A stretch of 63,474 nt of DNA, filler included, from Octopus bimaculoides (GCF_001194135.2; 6 parts of 6 records of this genome joined end to end with filler, not necessarily neighbours in it); one strand, 5' to 3'. Counted from the first letter of the whole stretch, positions 25,696-39,350 are shown. Made by a program: numbers and translations. Notes: a model not told the origin generated them from the letters alone.

Positions 25696-26049
25696 GTCTT
25701 ACATGATAGAACGCATGCGTTATCCCTGCAAGTAAGTTTTTGAACTTTATATTTTCTGACGCGACTCTATCTATCTCTATGTCTTTTTCCCCTCTCGTTC
25801 TTCCTTCTGTTACTACTATCTGTCTCTCTTCCTCTCTTTCTCTCGTTTCTCACCTATTTTCTACTTCCTCCCCTTGTTTCTCCCTCTACCACTCTCTCTC
25901 CTTACCCCTCGCTGGTCACACGTGTCCAGTTAGTAATTCTTTTCTTCCTTGGCTATCGCCGAGCAAACATTCGAACCTATTTCGTCCCGCTTCCAGTTCG
26001 TTGCTTCACAGCGTTCAATATACACATAATTTTTCACGTCTGGCCGTAT

Positions 26050-26385
26050 AGCCTTTTCCGTTTGTTTTCCTGTCTTGTTTTCTTTTGCGTATGTTTTCAT
26101 GTCTTGTTTTCTTTTGCGTGTGTTTTCCTGTCTTGTTTTCTGTCCGCCACTACATTTCTCTATGGTACAAATTTCATTTGTGGTCCGTGGGAAGAGCCAT
26201 TTTAACGATACGTCCTGCCCTAACTATTCGAAACACCTGTGTTAGAATGGGGGCAGCTGATGAAGGAAAATGTTCTCTATGTGGCGTGTGTGTTTTCTGT
26301 ACTCTGGTTATTATTATTTTTTGTGTCTACGTTTTGTTTGCAACGTCCTGTACCCAGATATGCACCTATATATACAGGTAGATGT
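26050..26385 (+). repeat. Repeat remnant, possibly a Penelope-like pseudo-LTR, with a short 29-bp tandem unit and hammerhead-like motifs
   Basis: TGTTTTCCTGTCTTGTTTTCTTTTGCGT repeated ~2.5 times. CGAAACACCTGTGTT and CTGATGAAGG motifs; T-rich tail. Confidence 0.4.
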
Positions 26386-27233
26386 AGGCATGCACATACT
26401 TGTACGTATATATGCATATACTCNNNNNNNNNNNNNNNNNNNNNNNNNNNNNNNNNNNNNNNNNNNNNNNNNNNNNNNNNNNNNNNNNNNNNNNNNNNNN
26501 NNNNNNNNNNNNNNNNNNNNNNNNNNNNNNNNNNNNNNNNNNNNNNNNNNNNNNNNNNNNNNNNNNNNNNNNNNNNNNNNNNNNNNNNNNNNNNNNNNNN
26601 NNNNNNNNNNNNNNNNNNNNNNNNNNNNNNNNNNNNNNNNNNNNNNNNNNNNNNNNNNNNNNNNNNNNNNNNNNNNNNNNNNNNNNNNNNNNNNNNNNNN
26701 NNNNNNNNNNNNNNNNNNNNNNNNNNNNNNNNNNNNNNNNNNNNNNNNNNNNNNNNNNNNNNNNNNNNNNNNNNNNNNNNNNNNNNNNNNNNNNNNNNNN
26801 NNNNNNNNNNNNNNNNNNNNNNNNNNNNNNNNNNNNNNNNNNNNNNNNNNNNNNNNNNNNNNNNNNNNNNNNNNNNNNNNNNNNNNNNNNNNNNNNNNNN
26901 NNNNNNNNNNNNNNNNNNNNNNNNNNNNNNNNNNNNNNNNNNNNNNNNNNNNNNNNNNNNNNNNNNNNNNNNNNNNNNNNNNNNNNNNNNNNNNNNNNNN
27001 NNNNNNNNNNNNNNNNNNNNNNNNNNNNNNNNNNNNNNNNNNNNNNNNNNNNNNNNNNNNNNNNNNNNNNNNNNNNNNNNNNNNNNNNNNNNNNNNNNNN
27101 NNNNNNNNNNNNNNNNNNNNNNNNNNNNNNNNNNNNNNNNNNNNNNNNNNNNNNNNNNNNNGGTAATTAAGTAATATCTTTCAATAACAACAAGAAGAAG
27201 AACAAGAAGAAGAAGAACAACAACAACAATGAC

Positions 27234-27305
<72 letters not shown>

Positions 27306-27306
<1 letters not shown>

Positions 27307-27624
27307 GGTTTGCGATAAGGAGGAAAGAAAAGTCGAGAGATATGACAAGTTAGCATGGGAGGTTAAGAAGTTGTGGTCGATGATAAAGGTGGTAGTAAAA
27401 CCAATAATTGCCAGAGTCCTGGGATCAGTGAGTAAAAATGTTGAGAGGCACATGGGACAAATAGGAGCTGCAGTAAGGGTGGAGCACTTGCAGAAAACAG
27501 CACTGCTTGGAACCGCTCGAATACTCCGAATGGTGCTCGAAAAATAAGGGGTGTTACATTTGTTCACTGGTAGTGAACAGCTGGCACCGTAGTGCATCTC
27601 CAGTGTTAAAAGCTATATAACGAC
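27306..27624 (+). mobile_element. R4/Dong-type RLE LINE 3' fragment, subfamily 1
   Basis: VCDKEERKVERYDKLAWEVKKLWSMIKVVVKPII...LQKTALLGTARILRMVLEK* (RLE C-terminus) plus the 3' UTR, flanked by (AAT)n. Confidence 0.85.
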
Positions 27625-27700
<76 letters not shown>

Positions 27701-27703
<3 letters not shown>

Positions 27704-28379
27704 TGCAGTATGCTTGCGCCTACAGAGTATCTCAACAGGCATGATAGAGAAGCACAATATATTCACTGGGTAATTTGCAGAAACCTGGACTTGCCCCATG
27801 ACAAAAACTGGTGGGAACACAAACCACCTCCAGTGCTTGAAAATGATCACATCTCACTTAGCTGGAACTTCACCGTTCAAACTGACAGAAAGATAGATGC
27901 AAATATGCCAGACATCATACTGAAAGACTTCAGACAAAAATCATGCCTCCTCATTGATATGACTGTCTCATTCGATATAAATGTTTCAGTCAAGACCTAC
28001 CAAAAACTGAGCAAGTATTAAGATCTTGAAATAGAAATTGGCAAAATATGGAACCTCAAGACTATAACAATATCTGTTGTCATAAGTGCCCTAGGAATGA
28101 TATCAAAAGGGGCCGATTGCTACCTAGCACAGATACCAGGAAACCCCAAAGTAGCATAAATTCAAAAGTTAGCGCTCATGGAAACTGCCCATATCGTATG
28201 TAAAATACTCATATTTTGCCTTTGCTTTCTTAAACACTTTCTAGAACAGTACTATGTGCAAAACCAAATATATGGTACCCTAGGCATAACACCAACATGA
28301 ACTTCTAACTTGTTGTGTCTTGATGTCTCTGGGTGAGAACTGAAGCCACCTTGTACAAATACAAAGCAAAAGTCAAACG

Positions 28380-28380
<1 letters not shown>
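27701..28380 (+). mobile_element. R4/Dong-type RLE LINE 3' fragment, subfamily 2
   Basis: CSMLAPTEYLNRHD...YIHWVIC...WWEHKPPPVLEND...QTDRKIDANMPDIILKD...LLIDMTV...KLSKY*DLEIEIGKIWNLK: zinc-knuckle tail plus PD-(D/E)xK endonuclease, with premature stops. Confidence 0.9.
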
Positions 28381-28430
<50 letters not shown>

Positions 28431-28434
<4 letters not shown>

Positions 28435-28948
28435 GATGGTATAAACACATGCCAGAATAGTCACAGTAAACGAGAAAGCAACCATACTCTGGGATATGCC
28501 AATACACACAGATAGAGAAATTAAGGCCAATAGACCAGATATAGTTGTCAAAGATCATGAAGAAAAAAAATGCTTTCTAATTTATGTATCAATACCAGCA
28601 GATGACAACGTTCCCCTAAAAGAAATGGAAAAACTTTCAAAATACAAAGACCTGGAAATAGAGGTAACTCGAATGTGGAATTTAAAAACAGAAACAATTC
28701 CTATCATAGTAGGTGCCTTAGGTATAATAAAAAAATATTCAGACAAATACATAACAAAAACACCAGGACTTACAAATATATATAACATACAGAAAATTGT
28801 ACTACTGGGTACTGCACACATTCTACGCAAAACACTTTCAATACAGTAACCATAAGAGCATCACAGCAAACCACAGCACATACCAAAGGCACACAGAGCT
28901 GTGTTCGGTAGTGAAGTGAAAGCACGTTATAAAAATAAAACTACTGAA
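28431..28948 (+). mobile_element. R4/Dong-type RLE LINE 3' fragment, subfamily 3
   Basis: ILWDMPIHTDREIKANRPDIVVKDHEEKKCFLI...KLSKYKDLEIEVTRMWNLK...LLGTAHILRKTLSIQ* plus the 3' UTR. Confidence 0.92.
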
Positions 28949-29002
28949 CAATAATAACAATAATAATAATATTAGTGATAATAATAATAATAATAATAGT
29001 AA

Positions 29003-29910
29003 TGAAATGAACTAGGAATCTTGGAAATAAGTAAGCAACGGCTAGCCGACCAGCAAAGAGATATATGAGTAAGAGGGTGGTTAACAGACATGAAAATTGA
29101 AGAGATAAATAGGAAAGTAGAAAATAGAAATAATACTTCAGCAACAGATAACGTGCCCAGTGAGAACAGAAAAATGAATGTCGGCATTGAAGATGTAGAG
29201 CAAACTGCAAAAGGAAATTCATTCTCAACAAATGAAGCAGAAATAATGGGAAGGGCTAGATCACAATATATACAGTGCGGATAGTGTGCCGATAAATTAG
29301 AGAAGACCAGGATCAAGTACACCCCAGCCAAAATATATTGATCGACGTAAGCTCGAAGTTGAAACCGAAAAGACGAGAAATATAACCGAAACTAACAATA
29401 TTATTTGGGCTGCAGTTATGATTGCTGCGGATAGAGTTGGATGCACAAGAAAAGAACAAAAGAGAATGTAACGATCCATACTGGCCAAGACGAATTTGTG
29501 AGAAGCATAATTAAAAAGACATTCAGGACAAGTTGATAGATTGAGTATAGGGCAACTTCAGAACGAAAGATTAACAATAATGCTGGAAATAACATATAGA
29601 AGAAGAGATAAGGGGTATGATGTGATATTGGAAGAATTAAAACAAAGTGTAGTAGCAATCAAAGCAAAACTTGGAAGATATTATAATAGAACAAAACAAT
29701 TCAAGCAAGCCAGCAAATCAGCAGAAATTGTTTCAGGAACGAGATAGGCAATTACACGTAACAATGAAAGCAGATGCAGAGGAAAGCAGGACATTCTGGA
29801 GAGGGATCTGGACCAACTTGTAGAGCTTAATGATGAAGCGGAGTGACTGCATGAAATCCAAGATGATAAGTTAAGAAATATAGAAGGGCAAGAAGACATA
29901 AAAATAACAG
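29003..29910 (+). mobile_element. R4/Dong-type LINE, decayed N-terminal/internal ORF portion
   Basis: Fragments KQRLADQQRDI..RGWLTDMKIEEI; NITETNNIIWAAVMIAADRVG; GYDVILEELKQSVVAIKAKLGRYYNRTKQFKQ; DAEESRTFWRGIW match the pre-RT region of R4-clade ORFs as I recall it. Confidence 0.75.
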
Positions 29911-30025
29911 GTCTTTGTGGTTTTCGTCACTGTTTGCATTTATCGTTAAATGTGCTAGTGCGTGTGTGTAGGATGGTCTGTGTATTAGTTTGTGTGAGAA
30001 AGAATATTTGGAATACATAGTAATC

Positions 30026-30083
<58 letters not shown>

Positions 30084-30799
30084 AGTCTCTCTATCTATAC
30101 GCATGTATGTATGCATGTGTAATATATATATATATANNNNNNNNNNATATATATATATATATACATGTATGTGTATATAAATTTCATTTAAGATTATTAA
30201 TATAAGAAACGAGAATAAAATTTTTATTAAAAATATCAGCATTTAAGGAATAGTTAAATATATATTATTAAGTTTAGTCATGTGTTAAAAATTAATATAG
30301 AAGATTTAATTTGACTTTTTGCGAAATATATATTAAAAAATCCTACCACTTATATAATAAGTGATAAGTCACGCCTAGGCAGTAAATTCTACGTTGTCGA
30401 TCTTTGAATTACAAATTCCAACGGTGTCTCCATCTTATCATAGAACATTACTTTCTATTATTGAAGAATTGATCTGCTACATTTGAATCAAGAAGCATAG
30501 ATATGGTTGGGAATACACGGTTAATGTTTGTTGACAAAGAAAGAAATTTTTAATTACCATGGTGACGTAATGATTATTTCTTATATCGGAAAAACGGGTC
30601 CAAGGCATGAAGGACAATACCAAAGGACGAGATATTAGGAACAAACAGGTACATCGATCAAGGTGACTCTACAGCATTAAGGATATAACTAAAGGTTATA
30701 AAAATCGTAATTAAAAATGGATAATTAATAAATAGAATCCCCAATAGCGGGGTGGCCTACTTTGGGTGATATGGGGTGACCCTAAATAAAAAATCTCTG

Positions 30800-31035
30800 A
30801 TGACACTGACATTCCCAAGGCTTGAGAAGGGCCATCTTCCAAGTTATTTCATCTTACTTAGAAAAGCATACTCAGAGTAGATCCATCTAGCCTCATCACT
30901 GCTACCCCTCTCATTCACCTTTTCCACCTTCACCTTCCCCTTCAGATGAGATCTGAAGAAATTGATGAGATCTTGGACAGACAGTAATGTGCATGTCTTC
31001 AAATTTTGCAGAAGTTTTGACCACATTGTTGACAC
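30800..31035 (-). mobile_element. L1/Tx1-like LINE ORF2 C-terminal remnant
   Basis: Minus frame ...LLSVQDLINFFRSHLKGKVKVEK...ARWI resembles Tx1-type ORF2 ends (from recall). Confidence 0.5.
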
Positions 31036-31094
31036 TCCGTCGCCTACGAGACGAGGGTTCCAGTTGATCCGATCAACAGAACAGCCTGCTCGTG

Positions 31095-31265
31095 AAATTA
31101 ACGTGCAAGTGGCTGAGCACTCCACAGACACGTGTACCCTTAACGTAGTTCTCGGGGATATTCAGCGTGACACAGTGTGACAAGACTGGCCCTTTGAATT
31201 ACAATTATAACAGAAACAGGAAGAAAGTGTGAGAGAAAGTTGTGGTGAAAGAGTACAGCAGGAAT
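31095..31265. mobile_element. Interspersed repeat (SINE-like body)
   Basis: ACGTGCAAGTGGCTGAGCACTCCACAGACACGTGTACCCTTAACGTAGTTCTCGGGG...CAGCGTGACACAGTGTGACAAG..GGCCCTTTGAATTAC is recalled as a common octopus repeat. No second copy in this window. Confidence 0.5.
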
Positions 31266-32069
31266 AACTGGATTCATCTTACAGGAATTAACAGCTATTC
31301 ATAACCTCACGAGTGTGAGCCCAACGCTCTATACTGCGTCATGCGACATATGTGTGTGTGTGTGTGTTTGTGAGTGTGAGTGTGAGAGAGAGCGTATGTA
31401 TGTGTGTGTGTGTGTGTGTATACGTAGTAAGAGGAGGGATATAATATCCAGGTAGATAGCGAATTTCTTTACGTAAAATGCAAAGGCTTTTCCTTCAGAT
31501 GGTAAATTTCCTTTAACTCCCATGTTACACTTTTTCCCAGCCTACTTAGCGTGTAACGTACAATATTAATAAGAAAAAGAACGAATAATTTGAACATTCA
31601 AATTTGCAGCTGGTTGATTCATAATTTATTAATTTGCAGTTGGTTTATTCATGATAATTGTCCGACTGGTGTTTCGGACGCATTAATTACATATTGTTGC
31701 ATATATATATATGTAGCGGATTTATGCAATATTAGTACGATCTCTTCTGAGTGTCTAAATATGACATTGTTCGAAGAGAAATGTTCTTTCATTATTAGTT
31801 TGATATATATATNNNNNNNNNNNNNNNNNNNNNNNNNNNNNNNNNNNNNNNNNNNNNNNNNNNNNNNNNNNNNNNNNNNNNNNNNNNNNNNNNNNNNNNN
31901 NNNNNNNNNNNNNNNNNNNNNNNNNNNNNNNNNNNNNNNNNNNNNNNNNNNNNNNNNNNNNNNNNNNNNNNNNNNNNNNNNNNNNNNNNNNNNNNNNNNN
32001 NNNNNNNNNNNNNNNNNNNNNNNNNNNNNNNNNNNNNNNNNNNNNNNNNNNNNNNNNNNNNNNNNNNNN

Positions 32070-32120
<51 letters not shown>

Positions 32121-32356
32121 GTATGTATATACACTTTTCAATGAATCATCTTTTATTTGTATCAGTCTGGGACACCAGCTTGAAAGATTAAGTTCAACAA
32201 ATTGACGCAAGCTCTTAATACTTTTCTGAAGTCTGCTAAGTGACGAGGACGTAAACATACCAACTCCGGTTTTCAAGTGGCATGACTGGACAAGCACAGA
32301 TAGACGTACATATATATATATATGTATATATATATATGCATACAGGTGTGTGAGAA

Positions 32357-32397
<41 letters not shown>

Positions 32398-34067
32398 GCA
32401 TATGCGTACATAGGATGGGCGTCCACACGGTTTTCGTCCATGAATTTCACCTATAAGGTATTGCTTGGCCAGGAGTTAAAATAGGAGCTACCATAGAGTG
32501 GAAGCGAGCCTTTAACCAAGAGGTTTCATCTTGAGCTTCTTAACCACACAGTCACATTTTCTGTTACATAAATAATTAAATACACCGAATAATAAACCCA
32601 CACATATACACGCACGCATACACATATATATGTAGAAACGCGCGCGCACACACATACAAATGTGCAACCATACATAGACAAATAGACACAGACACGCATA
32701 TTTATGAATGTATGTATTAATATATGAGTACGTTTGCCTGTGCGCGTGTGTGTGTGATTGATTTCATATTAAATTAGATTCAAGAAAAACACATTCATCC
32801 CAGAATATTTCTTGTAAAACTAATTATGTGCAACGGTANNNNNNNNNNNNNNNNNNNNNNNNNNNNNNNNNNNNNNNNNNNNNNNNNNNNNNNNNNNNNN
32901 NNNNNNNNNNNNNNNNNNNNNNNNNNNNNNNNNNNNNNNNNNNNNNNNNNNNNNNNNNNNNNNNNNNNNNNNNNNNNNNNNNNNNNNNNNNNNNNNNNNN
33001 NNNNNNNNNNNNNNNNNNNNNNNNNNNNNNNNNNNNNNNNNNNNNNNNNNNNNNNNNNNNNNNNNNNNNNNNNNNNNNNNNNNNNNNNNNNNNNNNNNNN
33101 NNNNNNNNNNNNNNNNNNNNNNNNNNNNNNNNNNNNNNNNNNNNNNNNNNNNNNNNNNNNNNNNNNNNNNNNNNNNNNNNNNNNNNNNNNNNNNNNNNNN
33201 NNNNNNNNNNNNNNNNNNNNNNNNNNNNNNNNNNNNNNNNNNNNNNNNNNNNNNNNNNNNNNNNNNNNNNNNNNNNNNNNNNNNNNNNNNNNNNNNTGTG
33301 TGTGTGTGTGTATATATGTACATGTACATATGTATGTATACATAAATTTATATGTATACGTATATGTATGTGTGTGTGTGTATAATGATTCCTATTATTT
33401 ATCATAGAACATACGTCTAAAATTCAACTGCTGTGAATATTTTCCTCTCTAACAATACTCCGATGAGACAATAAGTACAAGTCTAGAGATTCACATTTGA
33501 CTATAAATTCGTCAATGTTGTGAGGGTATCTGAAGATGACAATTTTGTTAGGTATTTCGCTCGGGGCTATTCTTCAAAATTTTTTCTCGTATATATATGG
33601 TATTCAGATAAAATAAATGAATGTAAGCAGTAATTCTTTGTTCGATTGGAACCTACGAAAGCTAAACGAAAAATAACTTTCACTCTATATGGATGTACAC
33701 TTCAAGATATATATTTTTATGAATGCTAATATTTGAATCTGCCATCCTATTTATTAGTAAATCCGTATTCTGTGTTATATGGAATTTAGATGTAAGTTTG
33801 GCACAAGTGTAAATGCGTAAAAATATTTAAGGTGTAAATTCATAGGAATGTGCAGATATATGTGTTTGCTTAATTGTGCATCCGTATGCATGTGTGTGTG
33901 TATGTGAGTGTGCATGCATGAGCATGTATGTACAGGTGAGTCTATGTGTTCGCGTATTTGTACTATGATGTGTTATGAATATTGTCTAATAGCCATATAT
34001 TCCAGAGAAAATTTGATTAAAATGCTTATAAGCATTGAGACACAAAAGTGCAATAGGCATGTGGATG

Positions 34068-34108
<41 letters not shown>

Positions 34109-35163
34109 NNNNNNNNNNNNNNNNNNNNNNNNNNNNNNNNNNNNNNNNNNNNNNNNNNNNNNNNNNNNNNNNNNNNNNNNNNNNNNNNNNNNNNNNNNNN
34201 NNNNNNNNNNNNNNNNNNNNNNNNNNNNNNNNNNNNNNNNNNNNNNNNNNNNNNNNNNNNNNNNNNNNNNNNNNNNNNNNNNNNNNNNNNNNNNNNNNNN
34301 NNNNNNNNNNNNNNNNNNNNNNNNNNNNNNNNNNNNNNNNNNNNNNNNNNNNNNNNNNNNNNNNNNNNNNNNNNNNNNNNNNNNNNNNNNNNNNNNNNNN
34401 NNNNNNNNNNNNNNNNNNNNNNNNNNNNNNNNNNNNNNNNNNNNNNNNNNNNNNNNNNNNNNNNNNNNNNNNNNNNNNNNNNNNNNNNNNNNNNNNNNNN
34501 NNNNNNNNNNNNNNNNNNNNNNNNNNNNNNNNNNNNNNNNNNNNNNNNNNNNNNNNNNNNNNNNNNNNNNNNNNNNNNNNNNNNNNNNNNNNNNNNNNNN
34601 NNNNNNNNNNNNNNNNNNNNNNNNNNNNNNNNNNNNNNNNNNNNNNNNNNNNNNNNNNNNNNNNNNNNNNNNNNNNNNNNNNNNNNNNNNNNNNNNNNNN
34701 NNNNNNNNNNNNNNNNNNNNNNGAGATGCGTAGATTGATAGATTATGTTCTGTAATGCAGATAATTCGTATTATTATAACATTGGTTTCTAAGTGAATTA
34801 GGATGTTTAGCTGCAAGTAATCATTTGGACTTGAAAACGTTATGTAACATAATTTTGCAGATGACAATTTGTGTTCAAAACGTTCGACCATTCACTGACA
34901 TGATTTGAAACAATGAGGCGATGCTCCTGCATTGCTTGGGCCATAGTAGTTAGAATACATTAAAAACATGCCGCTTGTTGAGCTACCGCAATTGTTGATT
35001 GTACCCTGCTGTGCTTGCATTTCATCCTCTGTCCGTAATTTTTCTTAATGTTAGATAAATTGCTTCTGTTTACCTTTTAACCAGTGCAACATAAAACCTG
35101 TTTCACATGTAATTTATCATCAATCTGCTTCTTATACATAAATACATACATACATACAAACGT

Positions 35164-35198
<35 letters not shown>

Positions 35199-35272
35199 CA
35201 CATATATATATGCGTATATATATATATATNNNNNNNNNNGTGTGTGTGTGTGTATACACATATATATATGCG

Positions 35273-35307
<35 letters not shown>

Positions 35308-35358
35308 GAATGAATACATATGCGTGTGTATGTATATATATATACATATATGTATATA

Positions 35359-35391
<33 letters not shown>

Positions 35392-35589
35392 GTGTGTGTG
35401 TGTGTGTATATATGTATGTGTGTGCATTTGTATGCATGTATTTAGTTGTGTGTATGTATGTATGTGTGTGTGTCTGTGTGTTTATGGATATGCCTCCGTA
35501 GAGAAGATCATATTAAAAGGCTAAATGACTTCCCATTTCTATCTCGGAAGGGGGTAGAATTGAGATTCATTAGTCACAATTCCTACACA

Positions 35590-36020
35590 GAGTTAATCAA
35601 GTTTTAAAGTTCCCTACAACCCTAAACATATCTGAAAACATGGCCCCAGTCCTTAAATGGTTCAACAATGTTATTAATAAAGATGAATATAAATCCATTC
35701 ATTTCAACATTATCAGTTTCCAGTCATCAAAACGTAACGACATCTTTGAAAATGCACTGCAATGCGCCTCGAAGCGCACCACTATTGCACTAGATAAACT
35801 GAAGACCATAATGATTCTTAAAAGAACATTTTCACTTTTGCAGGGAGAAATGTTTCGTACGAAACTCAGAATTTTCATGTCACAATAGTTGACAGGATCT
35901 GGGATCTGATTAGGGCATTCCTCATTAGTGAAGTAGAAAATATTAAGCAGCACAAACCTCTGCGAGACTTTGTAGTGACCACATAGGGAGATGCTTAGAC
36001 GAATATTCCATGGAAATATC
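35590..36020 (+). mobile_element. Penelope-like element reverse transcriptase remnant
   Basis: VLKWFNNVINKDEYKSIHFNIISF..S...ENALQCASKRTTI...KTIMILKRTF...NFHVTI aligns with the PLE RT motifs WF..I.NK...FI.FDI..FYPSI and DVTMGS.DG. Confidence 0.7.
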
Positions 36021-36264
36021 ACATAAAAATAACAATAAAATCTTAAACATTTCATGGCTAAGTTTTCCGAACTCGTTACAGTTCAAAGCCAGTCGAGTAC
36101 GCAGGAAGACCTGTAAACGAATAATGTTGTTGTTGCTAAAATTTATGTTTCTTACACTAAGGTTAACCGTGACTCAGCAGTGTTATGATCAAAGGCGTTT
36201 AGCTTTGATTATTTCGTCGGATTGCACATGCAGGACAATATAACATTTTATTAATAACTATGTT

Positions 36265-36565
36265 GTTGTTGTTGTTGCTTGTTCCTTCTCGTGCAATGTC
36301 TGGCACATAAGGGCCGGTTTCCAGGTTTCATTGGCGTATAGCTTCCCCATCTGGATGGGACACCGGTACGTCGCAGGTGAGCTGCTAGATGCAGGACAAA
36401 TGAGTGAGAGAAAATTGTGGCGAAAGAGTGAGCAGAAGTTCACCATTACCTTCTGCCGGAGCTGCGTGGAGCTTAGGTGTTTCGCTCATAAACACACACA
36501 TTCCCCGGTCTGATTGTCGAACCCACGATCCCTCGACCGCTGCTCTAATCACTAGGCCATGTACC
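36265..36565 (-). mobile_element. tRNA-derived SINE (family C-like)
   Basis: Minus head GGCCTAGTGATTAGAGCAG...GGGTTCGACAATC with A and B boxes. Confidence 0.7.
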
Positions 36566-36936
36566 TCCTCTATTAATAACAATATTATTAATTTTAAGAT
36601 ATAATGTTATTTAAGAGTCATTAGTCTGTTAAGGGTCATTAGCCTGTTAGTTCTTATAGTTTGTTTGATCACGTATAGGCATTTGCTTAACATAATTTTC
36701 CTCCAATCAAACTATAACGATACAAATTTAAAAGCATACCGACTCAAATGTCCTCTGGTCAATACAATGGTTCTCATCCCAGATAATGTAGATATTATCA
36801 GACTGCATTTTGTAGATAAACATGCCACTGAGTAACAGTTTCACAGTGAGCGTGTGTAAATGTCGAAATGAATTAGCTACACACCAAATTACAAGAAAAG
36901 ATTTAGCTTCACCGCATTTCAATATGAATGACAAAA

Positions 36937-36990
<54 letters not shown>

Positions 36991-37000
36991 CATCCATCTG

Positions 37001-37038
<38 letters not shown>

Positions 37039-37070
37039 CTTCCATCTGTCTCTATACATTCACATAAATG

Positions 37071-37101
<31 letters not shown>

Positions 37102-37161
37102 CTCCATATATACACAAACATATATATTATATGTATCTATATTCATACACATACCTTCATG

Positions 37162-37219
<58 letters not shown>

Positions 37220-37699
37220 TGTGTATGTATGTGTGTGTGTATGTTTGTGTGTGTATGTGTGTGTGTGTGTGTGTATAGTATGACTGTTAATAATGAAAGA
37301 AAGCGAATGTAGAATTCAGTAAAAAAAGAATGTAATACAATTTCAAGGTAATCGAGACAGCCATGTTGAGATAAGGGTGGCATCAGTTTAAAATATAGAA
37401 GAGATCAAATAGAGAGGACTCCAACGTTTCGGATTGAAGAATTTCATCGAAAACAAAAATAAATAAAAAAAATAAGAAATAAATAAGTGAAAGAAAGAAA
37501 AGATTAACCGAGAAATTGCAGAAATGGAAACATGTCTAAAATGGTTTACTAAAAGGTGAGGTGTTGTTAACAGTAATGTCACTTTTTCGCTATGCTGTAT
37601 TATATTTCCTGTTGTTTTGCTTTTGATTAATACACTGTATTTCACTGAAGTACTTCCATTTGCAACGCTTCATGTTTTAAGCTAATAAAATTCTTTTCG

Positions 37700-37895
37700 A
37701 AAGGCGGCGAGCTGGCAGAAACGTTAGCACGCCGGGCAAAATGCTTTGCGATATTTCGTCTGTCTTTACGTTCTGTGTTCAAATTATGCCGAGGTCGACT
37801 TTACCTTTCATCCTTTCGGAGCTCAATAAATTAAGTACCAGTTGCGTACTGGTGTCGATCTAAAATTTCGGCCTTGTGCCTAGAGTACAAAAGAA
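37700..37895 (+). mobile_element. tRNA-derived SINE (family A)
   Basis: GGCGGCGAGCTGGCAGAAACGTTAGCACGCCGGGC...GTTCAAATT...CCTTTCATCCTTTCGG...GCCTTGTGCCTAGAGTA. Confidence 0.9.
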
Positions 37896-38984
37896 GAATT
37901 TCTTATCGAAATATTGTTGTCTCAAAGTTGTTTTTACTTTTTGGGTCTTTTAATTTGGATGGTCAATGCTGGGATGCGGCTTTGGCCTGGGATAAACTCG
38001 ACTATACGTTCTACAACAGACGTGGTATAAGATTATTTTAGCTGATCTTTAAACTTCTCCAGTCTCCTTCAATATTTGCTACACATTCACACATTCATAG
38101 ACAGATAGATAGATAGATAGATAGATATGAATATGTGTGCAACTAGAGAGCGACAGACTGGGAAAGATTTCATCATTTTATTATTATTTTTTGAACCACA
38201 AGACGAATTATGTCTGATTGAATTATTTTGTTGGTTCGTTGTGTATTTCACTTGCTTTACTTCGAGAACTTTCCTGCAGTGGAGAAGTTATACTTTAACT
38301 TGTAATTGAACAGATTTAATTTAACCATCTACGTGGATGCAATCATCATGATTAAATTAAGATTTTACTTGCTCCACGAAAATTTTCAAAATTCTTTGCA
38401 ATGTGTAGAAAAATATTTTTCCTTCTCATCAAAAGAAAAGAAATCTTCACCATATTTAGATTCATGTCTCTTAAATAAATTTGAATTCTGTGAATTTGAT
38501 CCAACATTATTTGTTATTCACCCTTTTCCTTTTATGTTTTATTCCTATTGTACTGTGCTATAGAAATTTCCGAACGTTTGCGACACTTTATTTAACGGAT
38601 AAACATTTTAACTATGTTTAAAAGAGAATTAACAGGAAATTAACAGTTTTTCGGCGCCATGCTACTAACAATCATTATCATTCTTTATTTCTCTTTCGGT
38701 AATCTTTTTATTCCTTGAACGAATACTTCTAAGCTAGATGTGGGCTTCTTGTGAGGAGGAATCTGCAATAAGGTTTCGATTTCAGTTGCAATGATTACCA
38801 GACAGAATAACAAATCACCTTTTTAATAATATGCCGCAGCATCAGACGTAACTATACTACAGTACAGCCATTGCCGGTATACAAAATCGTTAAACGTCAA
38901 AACCAAACCCTTATAGTTCAATTTTAATTACACACTGATGTTCGCAGCTTCTTTCCATCTGTATTTCTTTCATTTGAAGCGCAC

Positions 38985-39350
38985 GGTTGTGAAGTTAAGA
39001 AGCTCGTTCTACAATCACGTGCTTTCTAGTCAGTCTACTACGCTGCACCTTGGGTAAGACTCTTCAACACAAGTCCTAGGTCCACTAATGCCTTATGAAT
39101 AAATATGAAAGAAGGAAATTGTGTGGAAGCCTCCTCAAATACATGTACTCACATATACACACATATGTGCGCATGTGTCACACATCAATGTGTAAATGTC
39201 ATTGTGTCTGTGTTTGTCCACCACTCACATCGCTTGATAACTGGTGTTGGTTTATCTACGTTCCCGTAAGCTAGTGGTTCGGCAAAAGAGACCGATAAAA
39301 TAAGTACAAAACTTAAAAACACATAAATATGTGCGTCAATTTGCTCCACT
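38985..39350 (+). mobile_element. tRNA-derived SINE (family B), degenerate
   Basis: GCACCTTGGGTAAGAC...GTGGAAGCC...ATCGCTTGATAACTGGTGTTGG...GGTTCGGCAAAAGAGACCGATAAAATAAGTAC. Confidence 0.7.

Noticed and set aside
27180-29000. Repeat-spacer-repeat appearance reminiscent of a CRISPR array
   Set aside because: The repeats are variable-length (AAT)n and the spacers are 300-700-bp LINE fragments. There are no cas genes and the DNA is eukaryotic.
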